Origin: Candidatus Kaiserbacteria bacterium
Lineage (GTDB): Bacteria; Patescibacteriota; Minisyncoccia; Phycocordibacterales; UBA2100
Length of the DNA stretch: 64,000 nt
Direction: 5' to 3'
Assembly: GCA_017134395.1 (NCBI GenBank)
Contig: CP070993.1
Location: 87,231 to 151,230, forward strand
In this document: piece by piece, positions 9,108 through 16,843 of the stretch
How positions within the stretch are numbered: the stretch's first letter is position 1
How the letters are laid out: every line of letters starts with the position of its first letter
Notes under the pieces: model-generated
What the model was told of the DNA's origin: nothing
What the model saw: only the letters and a program-made list of their open reading frames with translations
Database searches by the model: none
Program-made: the position numbers and the translations under genes

Positions 9108-10746
9108 CGGTGAGGATATTTACGAGTCCGTCAATTGTTTCGAGCCCTAAGGTCACAGGAGTTCGTGTTCTCTTTCCATCTCTTAAAACATACACAAACG
9201 CTCCTTCGGCTGTCCGCTCGACGAGCCCAGCTGGAATGACAAGTGCGTCTTCGCTGAGTACCACATTTATCGACACATTCGCTGTCATCCCTGCTTTAAG
9301 TATATTTGCATCCTCTCCGAGAGTTAATGTAACTCCGTATCCTGCGACACCATCAACAATACTTTCTGCTGGATCAATGCGTGTCAGTGTTGCAGGGAAG
9401 GAAATGTCTGAACCATACGCGTCTGTCGTAACATCTGCTACCATACCTTCTTCAATGAGGACAACATCAAGTTCAGACACACGTGCTTCAACTTCAAACG
9501 TTCCATCGGCATCGAGTGTGAGCGCTTGGGTTCCAGTCGTGACGAGTTCGCCTTTTTCCACAAATCGCTCAGTTACAATAGCGTTAAAGGGGGCTCTGAG
9601 TACATGCGTATCAAGTTCCACTGCAGCGGATTGAACTGCTGATTCTTGTGCTCGTATTTTTGCACGCTGTGTTGAAACGTCTTCGATACGCGGCCCGGCG
9701 CTTGAAAGGTCGAGTTCTTGTGTGCTCACTGCAAGGCTCGTTTGGGCTGAGATATAGGCTTCGCGTTTTGTAGACAAAGATGCGAGAGCTGTTTGTATAT
9801 TTGCTCGGTCTATGCTCACGTTCGCAACATAGGTATTAATGTCAGTTTGGGAGAGATTGCTACTGAGGGACAAAACGCCAGTATATGTACCCAGATCTTG
9901 AAAGAACGAAGTTGTTCGAACTAGATTATTTCTTGCAGTCTGTGCCAGCGCCGCAAAGTCAGGCTCAGTGGTAGTATCAAATACAGCAGCAATTGCAGCA
10001 CCAAGAAGGTTTTGTACCGAAAGGGCACTGTTTATGTTGCGGGCACCTTCGCTTTTAGTAAACGATTGCCATTTCTTCAAAACCGAAACTTCATTTTTCC
10101 AAGATTTGAGCAGCGCGTTCATTTGCAGGTGTTCATTCTCTAATTCGATTTCAAGTGAGCGATTGGTTGTTGTGTATTTGATTGTTGGAGTGTTTGAGTC
10201 GGGGTCGTTAAACAAAGGTTTAGCCGTACGTTCCATTGCGGTATCGACAACAGTAACAGCGTTAATTATTGCCGCCACAAGCCCTTCAGTTGATTCTGTA
10301 AGCAGTGCGTTGCTTTGTTCAAGCTGTGCTTGTACCACTGCAACTTCTTCACTTCGATTACCTCCAAGCAATTCGTCAAGGATTGCATTTTCTGAATCTA
10401 ACAAAGCGACCTCGCGTTGGTATGCCGCAGTTGCAGCGTCGGCATTAAGGGACGCGATAATACCGTTTCTCATCACAGTGTCACCTACGGTATACGGCAG
10501 ACTCTCAATTTTCCCCGAGCGCTCAAAAGAGAGAATAACTCGTGTTTGGGGTATAACCGCACCGCTAAAAAGAACTTGCTGTTCAAGCGGTTGTCGAACT
10601 ACCGGATACACGACTCCTTCTGTATTTTGCGTAGTTGTGTATATGCTTCCGGCAATAACTAACGGTATTATCACTACGAGCGCGATAAGAACTTCTTTCT
10701 TCGTTAGTATTCTGAAAATAGTATCTACCAATGAGCTGACGTTCAT
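9058..10746 (-). CDS. HlyD/MacA-type periplasmic adaptor (membrane fusion protein) with unusually long coiled-coil; ORF extends to 10815 but MNVSS start at 10746 more likely
   Basis: N-terminal TM, long heptad-rich helical hairpin, C-terminal beta-barrel/lipoyl-like region; operon with permease+ATPase. Confidence 0.8.
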   Translation of the reverse strand: MNVSSLVDTIFRILTKKEVLIALVVIIPLVIAGSIYTTTQNTEGVVYPVVRQPLEQQVLFSGAVIPQTRVILSFERSGKIESLPYTVGDTVMRNGIIASLNADAATAAYQREVALLDSENAILDELLGGNRSEEVAVVQAQLEQSNALLTESTEGLVAAIINAVTVVDTAMERTAKPLFNDPDSNTPTIKYTTTNRSLEIELENEHLQMNALLKSWKNEVSVLKKWQSFTKSEGARNINSALSVQNLLGAAIAAVFDTTTEPDFAALAQTARNNLVRTTSFFQDLGTYTGVLSLSSNLSQTDINTYVANVSIDRANIQTALASLSTKREAYISAQTSLAVSTQELDLSSAGPRIEDVSTQRAKIRAQESAVQSAAVELDTHVLRAPFNAIVTERFVEKGELVTTGTQALTLDADGTFEVEARVSELDVVLIEEGMVADVTTDAYGSDISFPATLTRIDPAESIVDGVAGYGVTLTLGEDANILKAGMTANVSINVVLSEDALVIPAGLVERTAEGAFVYVLRDGKRTRTPVTLGLETIDGLVNILTGVEEDDRIVPYEETRN

Positions 10747-10837
10747 GTGGCAATTGTAGCATGTGGTATTTTTGACTACATACCGTTCTTTGGATAAGTG
10801 CCAAAAGATGCTCACTGATTTTTAATTACGAATCGTT

Positions 10838-11290
10838 CTATGCACTTGATTGATGAGGGTTCTGTTTTAAGGCCTCTCTAATAAGGCGTGTAAGAACGCC
10901 TATGTGTATATCTTCCAACTTCTTAATATAGAGACACCCAACACCTCTTTTGTAGGTGCCAAGTTTTTCTAATAATGGCGCTAGCGCGTCTAAGTCACAG
11001 GTAAGATACAGTGAAATTGAATCCTTTCGATTACTAAAACCAATTTTCATCCAATCACCTTCTCGTCCAGAAGGATATTTGTAATGGTATTCATCAAAGC
11101 CAACTATACTGGCGCCCCACATTTTGGGCTTCTTTTTACTCAGTGTTTGCATTAGTTTCGCAATAGCTTTGCAGTCCCTTCTTCTTTCGGGGTCCTTGAT
11201 GGCGTTTAAATATTTTGCAGGACTCAGGTTTGTTTTTTGTGTTTTGTTTTGATTTTTCATATGTGAAGTGTAACAAAGTCTAAATTTCAA
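10838..11290 (-). CDS. hypothetical protein, possibly DUF1801/YdhG-like
   Basis: weak family resemblance only. Confidence 0.35.
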   Translation of the reverse strand: MKFRLCYTSHMKNQNKTQKTNLSPAKYLNAIKDPERRRDCKAIAKLMQTLSKKKPKMWGASIVGFDEYHYKYPSGREGDWMKIGFSNRKDSISLYLTCDLDALAPLLEKLGTYKRGVGCLYIKKLEDIHIGVLTRLIREALKQNPHQSSA

Positions 11291-11300
11291 AATATCCTAT

Positions 11301-11585
11301 TTAGGAGCCTGCCCAAGGAGTCCCGAAGAGGCCAACTCCTAGTTCAGCCCATGTAAGAAGGATTACTATAACAATACTAATGCCAATTATCCGTCCAATA
11401 GTGGATGCGTCTTTTCTTCGTATGAGGAATTGGTAGGAGAACCCAACTATCAGTAGCAAGACACCAGCAATAATAAAATCAGCAAGACCCCAAACTACGT
11501 GGTCAGTAAATTGCATTGCCAAAAGTGGCACACACAGCACAAGGAGCGTACTAAATAGTACAGTTAAAATTTTTGTGAGGTACAT
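11301..11585 (-). CDS. small membrane protein (3 TM)
   Basis: hydrophobic profile. Confidence 0.4.
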   Translation of the reverse strand: MYLTKILTVLFSTLLVLCVPLLAMQFTDHVVWGLADFIIAGVLLLIVGFSYQFLIRRKDASTIGRIIGISIVIVILLTWAELGVGLFGTPWAGS

Positions 11586-11598
11586 ATGTATATTGTAA

Positions 11599-12177
11599 CT
11601 ACCAAAGCGCCTTTATGACAACTTTCTGTAGATTCGGTAATACGTCTTCCTTAAACCATGGATTCTTTTTTTGCCAAATATTGTTCCGTGGAGATGGGTG
11701 TACAAGCGGAAAGTATTCTGGAAGATAGTCTTTGTATGCACGTACTGTTTTGGTAAGTGTTTCTTTTCGGTTTTCCTCTAGGTAATGTGTCTGAGCATAT
11801 TGCCCAATAAGAATTGTTAGTTTGATATGTGTCATACATGCAAGTATTTTTGGGTGCCATTTTGCTGCAAAGTCTTTTCGAGGAGGCATGTCACCGTGCT
11901 CTTTACTTCCGGGAAAATAAAAATCCATGGGCACAAGCGCTATCTTGGCCTTATCGTAAAAGGTATCTCTATTGATGTTCATCCATGTGCGTAGATTGTC
12001 GCCACTTTTATCATTCCAGGGAACAGTACTTTCTTGTGCGATATGCCCAGGAGCTTGCCCGATGATCAGAATTCGCGCGTCTTCATTGGCAGTGTATACC
12101 GGCACCCATCCCTTTTTGGTAAAAGATGAATTAGCCGAATCGTTAATTATTGACTTTCGTATAACATCGAGTGTCAT
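11599..12177 (-). CDS. uracil-DNA glycosylase superfamily protein (SMUG-like motifs)
   Basis: GQAPG motif A and HPSPRN motif B. Confidence 0.7.
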   Translation of the reverse strand: MTLDVIRKSIINDSANSSFTKKGWVPVYTANEDARILIIGQAPGHIAQESTVPWNDKSGDNLRTWMNINRDTFYDKAKIALVPMDFYFPGSKEHGDMPPRKDFAAKWHPKILACMTHIKLTILIGQYAQTHYLEENRKETLTKTVRAYKDYLPEYFPLVHPSPRNNIWQKKNPWFKEDVLPNLQKVVIKALW

Positions 12178-12203
12178 GTTAGTCTAGTATATTAATTTCA
12201 AAT

Positions 12204-12401
12204 TTACTCAACGTTAGGAGCAGGACACTTTTTGTTCGCATACTCACAAATGACACAGCAATTTTTGCTTCCTTTTGGTACGGATATCATTTCCCTGCAT
12301 TTTTCGCACGTATGAAATGCAAGACAACCTGTTTGAGGTACCGCTATTTCCTGTACGTGTTTACAGTAAGGGCAAATTAGATTTGCTTTATTCATTCGCA
12401 A
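12204..12401 (-). CDS. small Cys-rich zinc-ribbon protein
   Basis: CPYC...C..C..C and CC.IC pairs, 65 aa. Confidence 0.45.
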   Translation of the reverse strand: MRMNKANLICPYCKHVQEIAVPQTGCLAFHTCEKCREMISVPKGSKNCCVICEYANKKCPAPNVE

Positions 12402-12507
12402 AGTATACCAAAAGTTCGAACATGTCGTTTGGACATAAAAAATAACCCTTTGGTTAAGAGTTATTTTGTTTGCTCCGCGCAGTGGACGACACTAGAACAT
12501 TTTGCTG

Positions 12508-12552
12508 AGATAAAAGAAAAGCCACTGATAAATCGTGGCTAATCAGTGGTTT
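12508..12552 (-). terminator. rho-independent terminator for 12587..13108 gene
   Basis: GCCACTGAT...ATCAGTGG hairpin with U-run on minus strand. Confidence 0.6.
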
Positions 12553-12586
12553 TGTCCGTATCTTCGACTACTCAATAGTCTTAGAA

Positions 12587-13108
12587 TTACATGCGCGAAA
12601 ATACGTTTTTTTCATTGTACATGTGAGAGGGGATAGCATCGTCTGAATTATTTGGAGGGAACTCTGTACCAATCTTAGTTACTTTACTCCCCTTTTTTTC
12701 TTCAAAAAGTGACACCACGTCTTCCAACTTAGTTGTTGGGATGGGACCAGACGCATCTGCACCTATGAAGGTGTCTTTGACCTCCTCGCCCATATCAATG
12801 ACCCATACTTCATGTCCCAATCTAGGGCTAAGCCCTGATGGTCGAGATGAGACAAAATGAACTACCAGATAGTGACCTGTGTAATGAGGTCCTGGTTCCA
12901 CTTGAAACTTTCGTGTTGTACTCATTTCTTCGGTTTCCTTCTGTTGAGCAGGATCTGAATAGATAATGCCACATACTAATACTTTTGTCAATAGATGTTT
13001 CCGTAGCAACTTTCTTTGTGTATGCAGTTTACTGGCATTAAAAGCAAAAGTATTCCTATAATGCAGGATTTGGCTACCTTTGCTAAGTATTTTGTTCGTG
13101 GGCTCCAA
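12587..13108 (-). CDS. hypothetical protein
   Basis: ORF only; true start may be internal (MSTTRK). Confidence 0.35.
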   Translation of the reverse strand: MEPTNKILSKGSQILHYRNTFAFNASKLHTQRKLLRKHLLTKVLVCGIIYSDPAQQKETEEMSTTRKFQVEPGPHYTGHYLVVHFVSSRPSGLSPRLGHEVWVIDMGEEVKDTFIGADASGPIPTTKLEDVVSLFEEKKGSKVTKIGTEFPPNNSDDAIPSHMYNEKNVFSRM

Positions 13109-13251
13109 AATTCCAAGTGACGCGACCCCGCCGTCGCCGACAAGCCTACTTCACTACGTTTCATATTTTGTATACCAGCGACTCTTTTCGAATCCTGCCG
13201 CAGAGAGACCCAAAACGACCCCAATGTTCTCACACTGGGGTCGTTTGGCTC

Positions 13252-13326
13252 TGGCTCCGCGGACAGGATTCGAACCTGTGACCTACCCGTTAACAGCGGG
13301 TTGCTCTACCGCTGAGCTACCGCGGA
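13252..13326 (-). tRNA. tRNA-Asn (anticodon GTT), CCA encoded
   Basis: cloverleaf read by hand: acceptor TCCGCGG/CCGCGGA, anticodon loop CTGTTAA, T-loop TTCGAAT. Confidence 0.9.
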
Positions 13327-13405
13327 ATGTTTAAACGTCGAAACGTTTCGGTATGAGTTCCTTTCGGAACTGAGGCGTATTCTACACGACCTAACGCGTT
13401 TTTCA

Positions 13406-13912
13406 ATGCAGAACGGTCGTATACAAAAATGGTATGATGAAGGAATGGAAGAGATGAAAATAACAAGTCCAGCTTTTGAGAACAATAACTTGATACCAAG
13501 TGTCTATACGTGCGACGGAGAAAATATTTCACCAGAGTTACATATAGAAAATGTGCCAGCAGAAGCACAATCACTAGTATTAATAATGGAAGATCCTGAT
13601 GTTCCAACTTTCGTTCGCGAAGATGGTATGTGGGATCACTGGATTGTATTTAACATACCACCTGAAACCAAAGTAATACGAGAAAGAGAAGAGCCTAAAG
13701 GAGTACTTGGGTTGAACACAGGAAACAAACTTGGATACGGAGGTCCATGTCCGCCTGATGCTGAGCACAGGTATTTCTTCATGCTGTACGCACTCGATAC
13801 TGTTCTTGATGGTGAAGAAGGTATTACAAAAGAAGCGGTACGAATGCTGATGAAGCATCACATACTTGCGAAAGCAGAACTTATGGGACGGTATAAAAGA
13901 ATTGAAAAGTAA
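13406..13912 (+). CDS. YbhB/YbcL-family PEBP protein (start probably 13445 or 13454)
   Basis: DPDVP...DHW...GGPCPP...HRY PEBP signature. Confidence 0.85.
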   Translation: MQNGRIQKWYDEGMEEMKITSPAFENNNLIPSVYTCDGENISPELHIENVPAEAQSLVLIMEDPDVPTFVREDGMWDHWIVFNIPPETKVIREREEPKGVLGLNTGNKLGYGGPCPPDAEHRYFFMLYALDTVLDGEEGITKEAVRMLMKHHILAKAELMGRYKRIEK

Positions 13913-13915
13913 AAT

Positions 13916-14152
13916 ATGAAACTCTATTACCGACCAACGTGCCCATATTGTATTAAGGTTGTTCTGTTTGCACGTGAAAATGATATTGCTATTGATTTGC
14001 GCGACATAAGTACAAATGAGGCTGATTATAATGAACTGCTTTCACTCGGGGGTAAACAGCAAGTACCTTTTCTTGTTGACGAAAAAGCCGGAGTTAGTAT
14101 GTATGAAAGTGATGACATCATTGCGTACCTAAAAGAGACTCATGGAAAGTAG
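13916..14152 (+). CDS. glutaredoxin-like protein
   Basis: CPYC active site, 78 aa thioredoxin fold. Confidence 0.8.
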   Translation: MKLYYRPTCPYCIKVVLFARENDIAIDLRDISTNEADYNELLSLGGKQQVPFLVDEKAGVSMYESDDIIAYLKETHGK

Positions 14153-14372
14153 GGTAGTGTACGCCAAAGTGTTTCCGAGTTCTAAAAAAGAGAAGGTACT
14201 GACTGATGGTAAAAATTCTTTCGAGGTATACATACGCGAACCTGCACAACGTAACTTAGCAAATCAGCGAACTCGTGAATGCATAGCTGAGCATTACAAG
14301 ATTCCCGTTGAGCATGTAAGTATACAAACCGGGCACCGCGCTCGTAAAAAATCGTTTATAATAAAGGAGTAG
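14142..14372 (+). CDS. DUF167/YggU-family protein
   Basis: length and V..KV.P.A..N..N.A pattern. Confidence 0.55.
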   Translation: MESRVVYAKVFPSSKKEKVLTDGKNSFEVYIREPAQRNLANQRTRECIAEHYKIPVEHVSIQTGHRARKKSFIIKE

Positions 14373-14396
14373 GTTTACTAATGTAATAAAACTACT

Positions 14397-14762
14397 ATGA
14401 ACATAGAATATAAGGCACCAACGATTGAGTTAACAGACGAAATACGTGCATACGCAGAAGAAAAGGTGGATATGCTTTGTAAACTATTGCATGCAGTTGA
14501 TGACGAAAATATTCGTGCAGAAATAGGATTGCAGCGAAAACAGGGGCAACAAACGGGAAGTGATATTTTTCGAGCGGACATAACTATTCACGCAGGGGTA
14601 GACCGTACACATGCAGTTGGTAGAGGTGAAACATTGCACGCTGCACTCGATGAAGCAAAAGATGAGCTCTCCCGAAGATTGCGAAGAGGGAAGACGAAAC
14701 GATTAGATTCGCTACGAGAAGGAGGTTTGAAAATAAAAAAGATGTTGAGATTTTGGGAATAA
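14397..14762 (+). CDS. hpf: ribosome hibernation-promoting factor / RaiA (sigma54-modulation protein family)
   Basis: ITDEIR.YAEEKV... beta-alpha-beta-beta-beta-alpha fold motifs. Confidence 0.85.
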   Translation: MNIEYKAPTIELTDEIRAYAEEKVDMLCKLLHAVDDENIRAEIGLQRKQGQQTGSDIFRADITIHAGVDRTHAVGRGETLHAALDEAKDELSRRLRRGKTKRLDSLREGGLKIKKMLRFWE

Positions 14763-14794
14763 TATTTTTGGAAACGTTATCGGCAGCGTATATT

Positions 14795-15010
14795 CTAATA
14801 CACGTCGTCATCAGTGCTTTTTACTTCCATTTTCGTTTTATCTCGAAAAACAACAGTTGCTAGCCAGCCATCTTTTGCTTGTTCGATTGCACTAAGACGG
14901 AACGGCTTCTTCTGACGATTCACTGGAAGCTTGTGAGTTATTTCTTCTTTTATACGCACTAGCTCTAGTGCGTTAAAGTTTTGGATTTGATTGTTAGGAT
15001 TCTCTCGCAT
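14795..15010 (-). CDS. hypothetical small protein downstream of fmt
   Basis: ORF only. Confidence 0.3.
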   Translation of the reverse strand: MRENPNNQIQNFNALELVRIKEEITHKLPVNRQKKPFRLSAIEQAKDGWLATVVFRDKTKMEVKSTDDDVY

Positions 15011-15019
15011 ACAACTTAT

Positions 15020-15868
15020 CTAATTTTGCATGAATGAATCATACGACATTTTATTTTTCCCTTCGGGAATAACTTCATCGATTATGAGTTCATCGTTTTC
15101 AATATGAGCTGATGCGATATTGATACGTACGTCTTTGCCGTCACGTTCTGTGAAAAAGTATGCATTTGGCCAGCCACGGTATGCATGAATTTTCAGCAGG
15201 TTTGTATATGGATCCTCAACAAGATTGATTAAACCATCCTCTTTAGTAAACAATCTACAATAAGTGGCTTGTTCGTGATCTTGCTCGTATGGCGATATTT
15301 CACCCGAGACGTATTTTGGAAGAACATCTGCAAGTAATGCACCACCGCGAACAAAGAGATACTCATCGAGCTCTTTTGCGTTCGGCGGCCACGTTGGTGG
15401 TGTATATTTCTCCTGAACAAGAATTGGGCCATGATCCATTTTTTCATCAATTTTCATAACAGTTACACCAGTGTTCTTTTCGTCTTGGAGTATCGCGCTA
15501 CGAACTGGTGAAGGTCCCCGAAACTTTGGAAGCAGTGATGGGTGTACGTTAAGAATGCCTTTTTGAGGGATATCAATTACTGACTGGGGGAGTATTTTTC
15601 CGTACGCAACAACGATAAATACTACAGATCCTTGTTCTTTGAGTACTTGTGCTGTGTGTTCATCGAATACTTCGGGTTCTAGTGTTGGAATAGCATTTTC
15701 TTGCGTCCACACTTTTACTGGTGATGGGGTAAGTTTCAAGCCACGCCCAACTGGCTTATCTGGCGCCGTAACAACAAGTGATGGAAGGTGCCCTTCTTTT
15801 TTGAGCTCCTCAAGAACGAGTGTGGCGAGCTTTGGAGTGCCAAAGAATACAAAGGGAATGTTTTTCAT
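15020..15868 (-). CDS. fmt: methionyl-tRNA formyltransferase
   Basis: IVFFGTP...; NVHPSLLPKFRGPSPV active-site region. Confidence 0.9.
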   Translation of the reverse strand: MKNIPFVFFGTPKLATLVLEELKKEGHLPSLVVTAPDKPVGRGLKLTPSPVKVWTQENAIPTLEPEVFDEHTAQVLKEQGSVVFIVVAYGKILPQSVIDIPQKGILNVHPSLLPKFRGPSPVRSAILQDEKNTGVTVMKIDEKMDHGPILVQEKYTPPTWPPNAKELDEYLFVRGGALLADVLPKYVSGEISPYEQDHEQATYCRLFTKEDGLINLVEDPYTNLLKIHAYRGWPNAYFFTERDGKDVRINIASAHIENDELIIDEVIPEGKNKMSYDSFMQN

Positions 15869-15959
15869 AGTGTGAATAGTAGTGTATGCAAATAAGTATG
15901 CAAGTAAAATGTATGAGGGTGCTACCTACTCAGTAATTATAAGAATATCTATTCTTGGG

Positions 15960-16140
15960 TTTTATGTAGATATGTAAATGCGCCATGACTCCGAGGGGAT
16001 AGAGAAGTCATGGCGCAACAGGCAACCGCCATAGGGGACAGAAGCTGCCTGCCATTTGTGTGTACGCCTTGTTGAAGCTTCCGGGGGGACGAAATTCAAC
16101 AAAAACACACAAATTACATCTAATAGCAGTCTAACAAAAT
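15960..16140. ncRNA. candidate structured RNA / GC-rich triple-hairpin element in the def-fmt intergenic gap (strand undetermined)
   Basis: three consecutive stems: 11-bp GCGCCATGACT/AGTCATGGCGC; CAGGCA/TGCCTG; 10-bp ATTTGTGTGT/ACACACAAAT enclosing 8-bp TTGTTGAA/TTCAACAA; ~55% GC in 40% genome. Confidence 0.3.
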
Positions 16141-16144
16141 ACAA

Positions 16145-16678
16145 TTATTCCTCAAGGGGATTCATGTCTTGATCAACTGCAATAACAGTTGTTGCATGGT
16201 CGGTATAGAGGATGCCATTGAGGTGATCGATTTCGTGTTGAAATACTTGTGCTAAAAAACTCGATGCACCACGCTGTTGTTTTTCTCCCTGTTCGTCGTA
16301 GTAAGAAATAGTTATCTTTTCGTGGCGCACAACTTTTATACCGTACTTAAATGGAACAGAGAGACAGCCTTCGTCACCAGAGCGCATTTTTTTTGAAGCC
16401 TTTAGTATTTCTGGATTTATAAATACTTGATCAGGGTACTTCTTTGCATCGTACTCTTGGCCTTCTCGTGATGCATAGACTTTTCCACCCACTATAAAAA
16501 TGCGAACAGATTCTCCAATTTGAGGGGCTGCAATAGCTACACCAAATTTTTCTGATGCCAATGTGTCTTTCATGTCTTGTATGATCCCTTGAATACGAGG
16601 TGTTTGTATTTCACCTTCAGAAACTTCTTTAGATACTGTACGCAGTATGTCGTTTCCATCATGAATAATCTCTTTCAT
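16145..16678 (-). CDS. def: peptide deformylase
   Basis: GVAIAAPQIG, EGCLSVP, HEIDHLNG motifs. Confidence 0.95.
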   Translation of the reverse strand: MKEIIHDGNDILRTVSKEVSEGEIQTPRIQGIIQDMKDTLASEKFGVAIAAPQIGESVRIFIVGGKVYASREGQEYDAKKYPDQVFINPEILKASKKMRSGDEGCLSVPFKYGIKVVRHEKITISYYDEQGEKQQRGASSFLAQVFQHEIDHLNGILYTDHATTVIAVDQDMNPLEE

Positions 16679-16756
16679 ATCAAGACTATAGCGCGATATG
16701 GGTCACAAAAAAAGTGTTTGCTGTTTTAGGGTGGCTTGGTAGAGCTCTTCTAAACG

Positions 16757-16830
16757 CCACCACAAGAATACTTCCATTATTTCTAAATACTGCGTATTAA
16801 GAAAAATTGGTCGCTCGGTCAATTGAGGCG
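16757..16830. repeat. intergenic repeat family copy A
   Basis: ~88% identical to copy at 54105 over ~75-95 nt. Confidence 0.6.
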
Positions 16831-16843
16831 TTTAGAAACAAAC

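Noticed and set aside
9110-10759. Ser/Thr/Ala-rich ORFs 9110..9634 and 9968..10759 on the + strand
   Set aside because: They are antisense to the well-supported HlyD adaptor gene. Their low-complexity composition is typical of shadow ORFs.
12988-13334. ORFs 12988..13233 (-) and 13080..13334 (+) around 13250
   Set aside because: They overlap tRNA-Asn and its flanks, and have no RBS or motifs.
15962-16144. 60-aa ORF in the def-fmt gap
   Set aside because: It initiates at TTG with no SD and has implausible composition. The region is better explained as structured RNA, and a loose resemblance of GUCC..CCGGAAGC to the SRP RNA domain IV motif was judged too weak to call.
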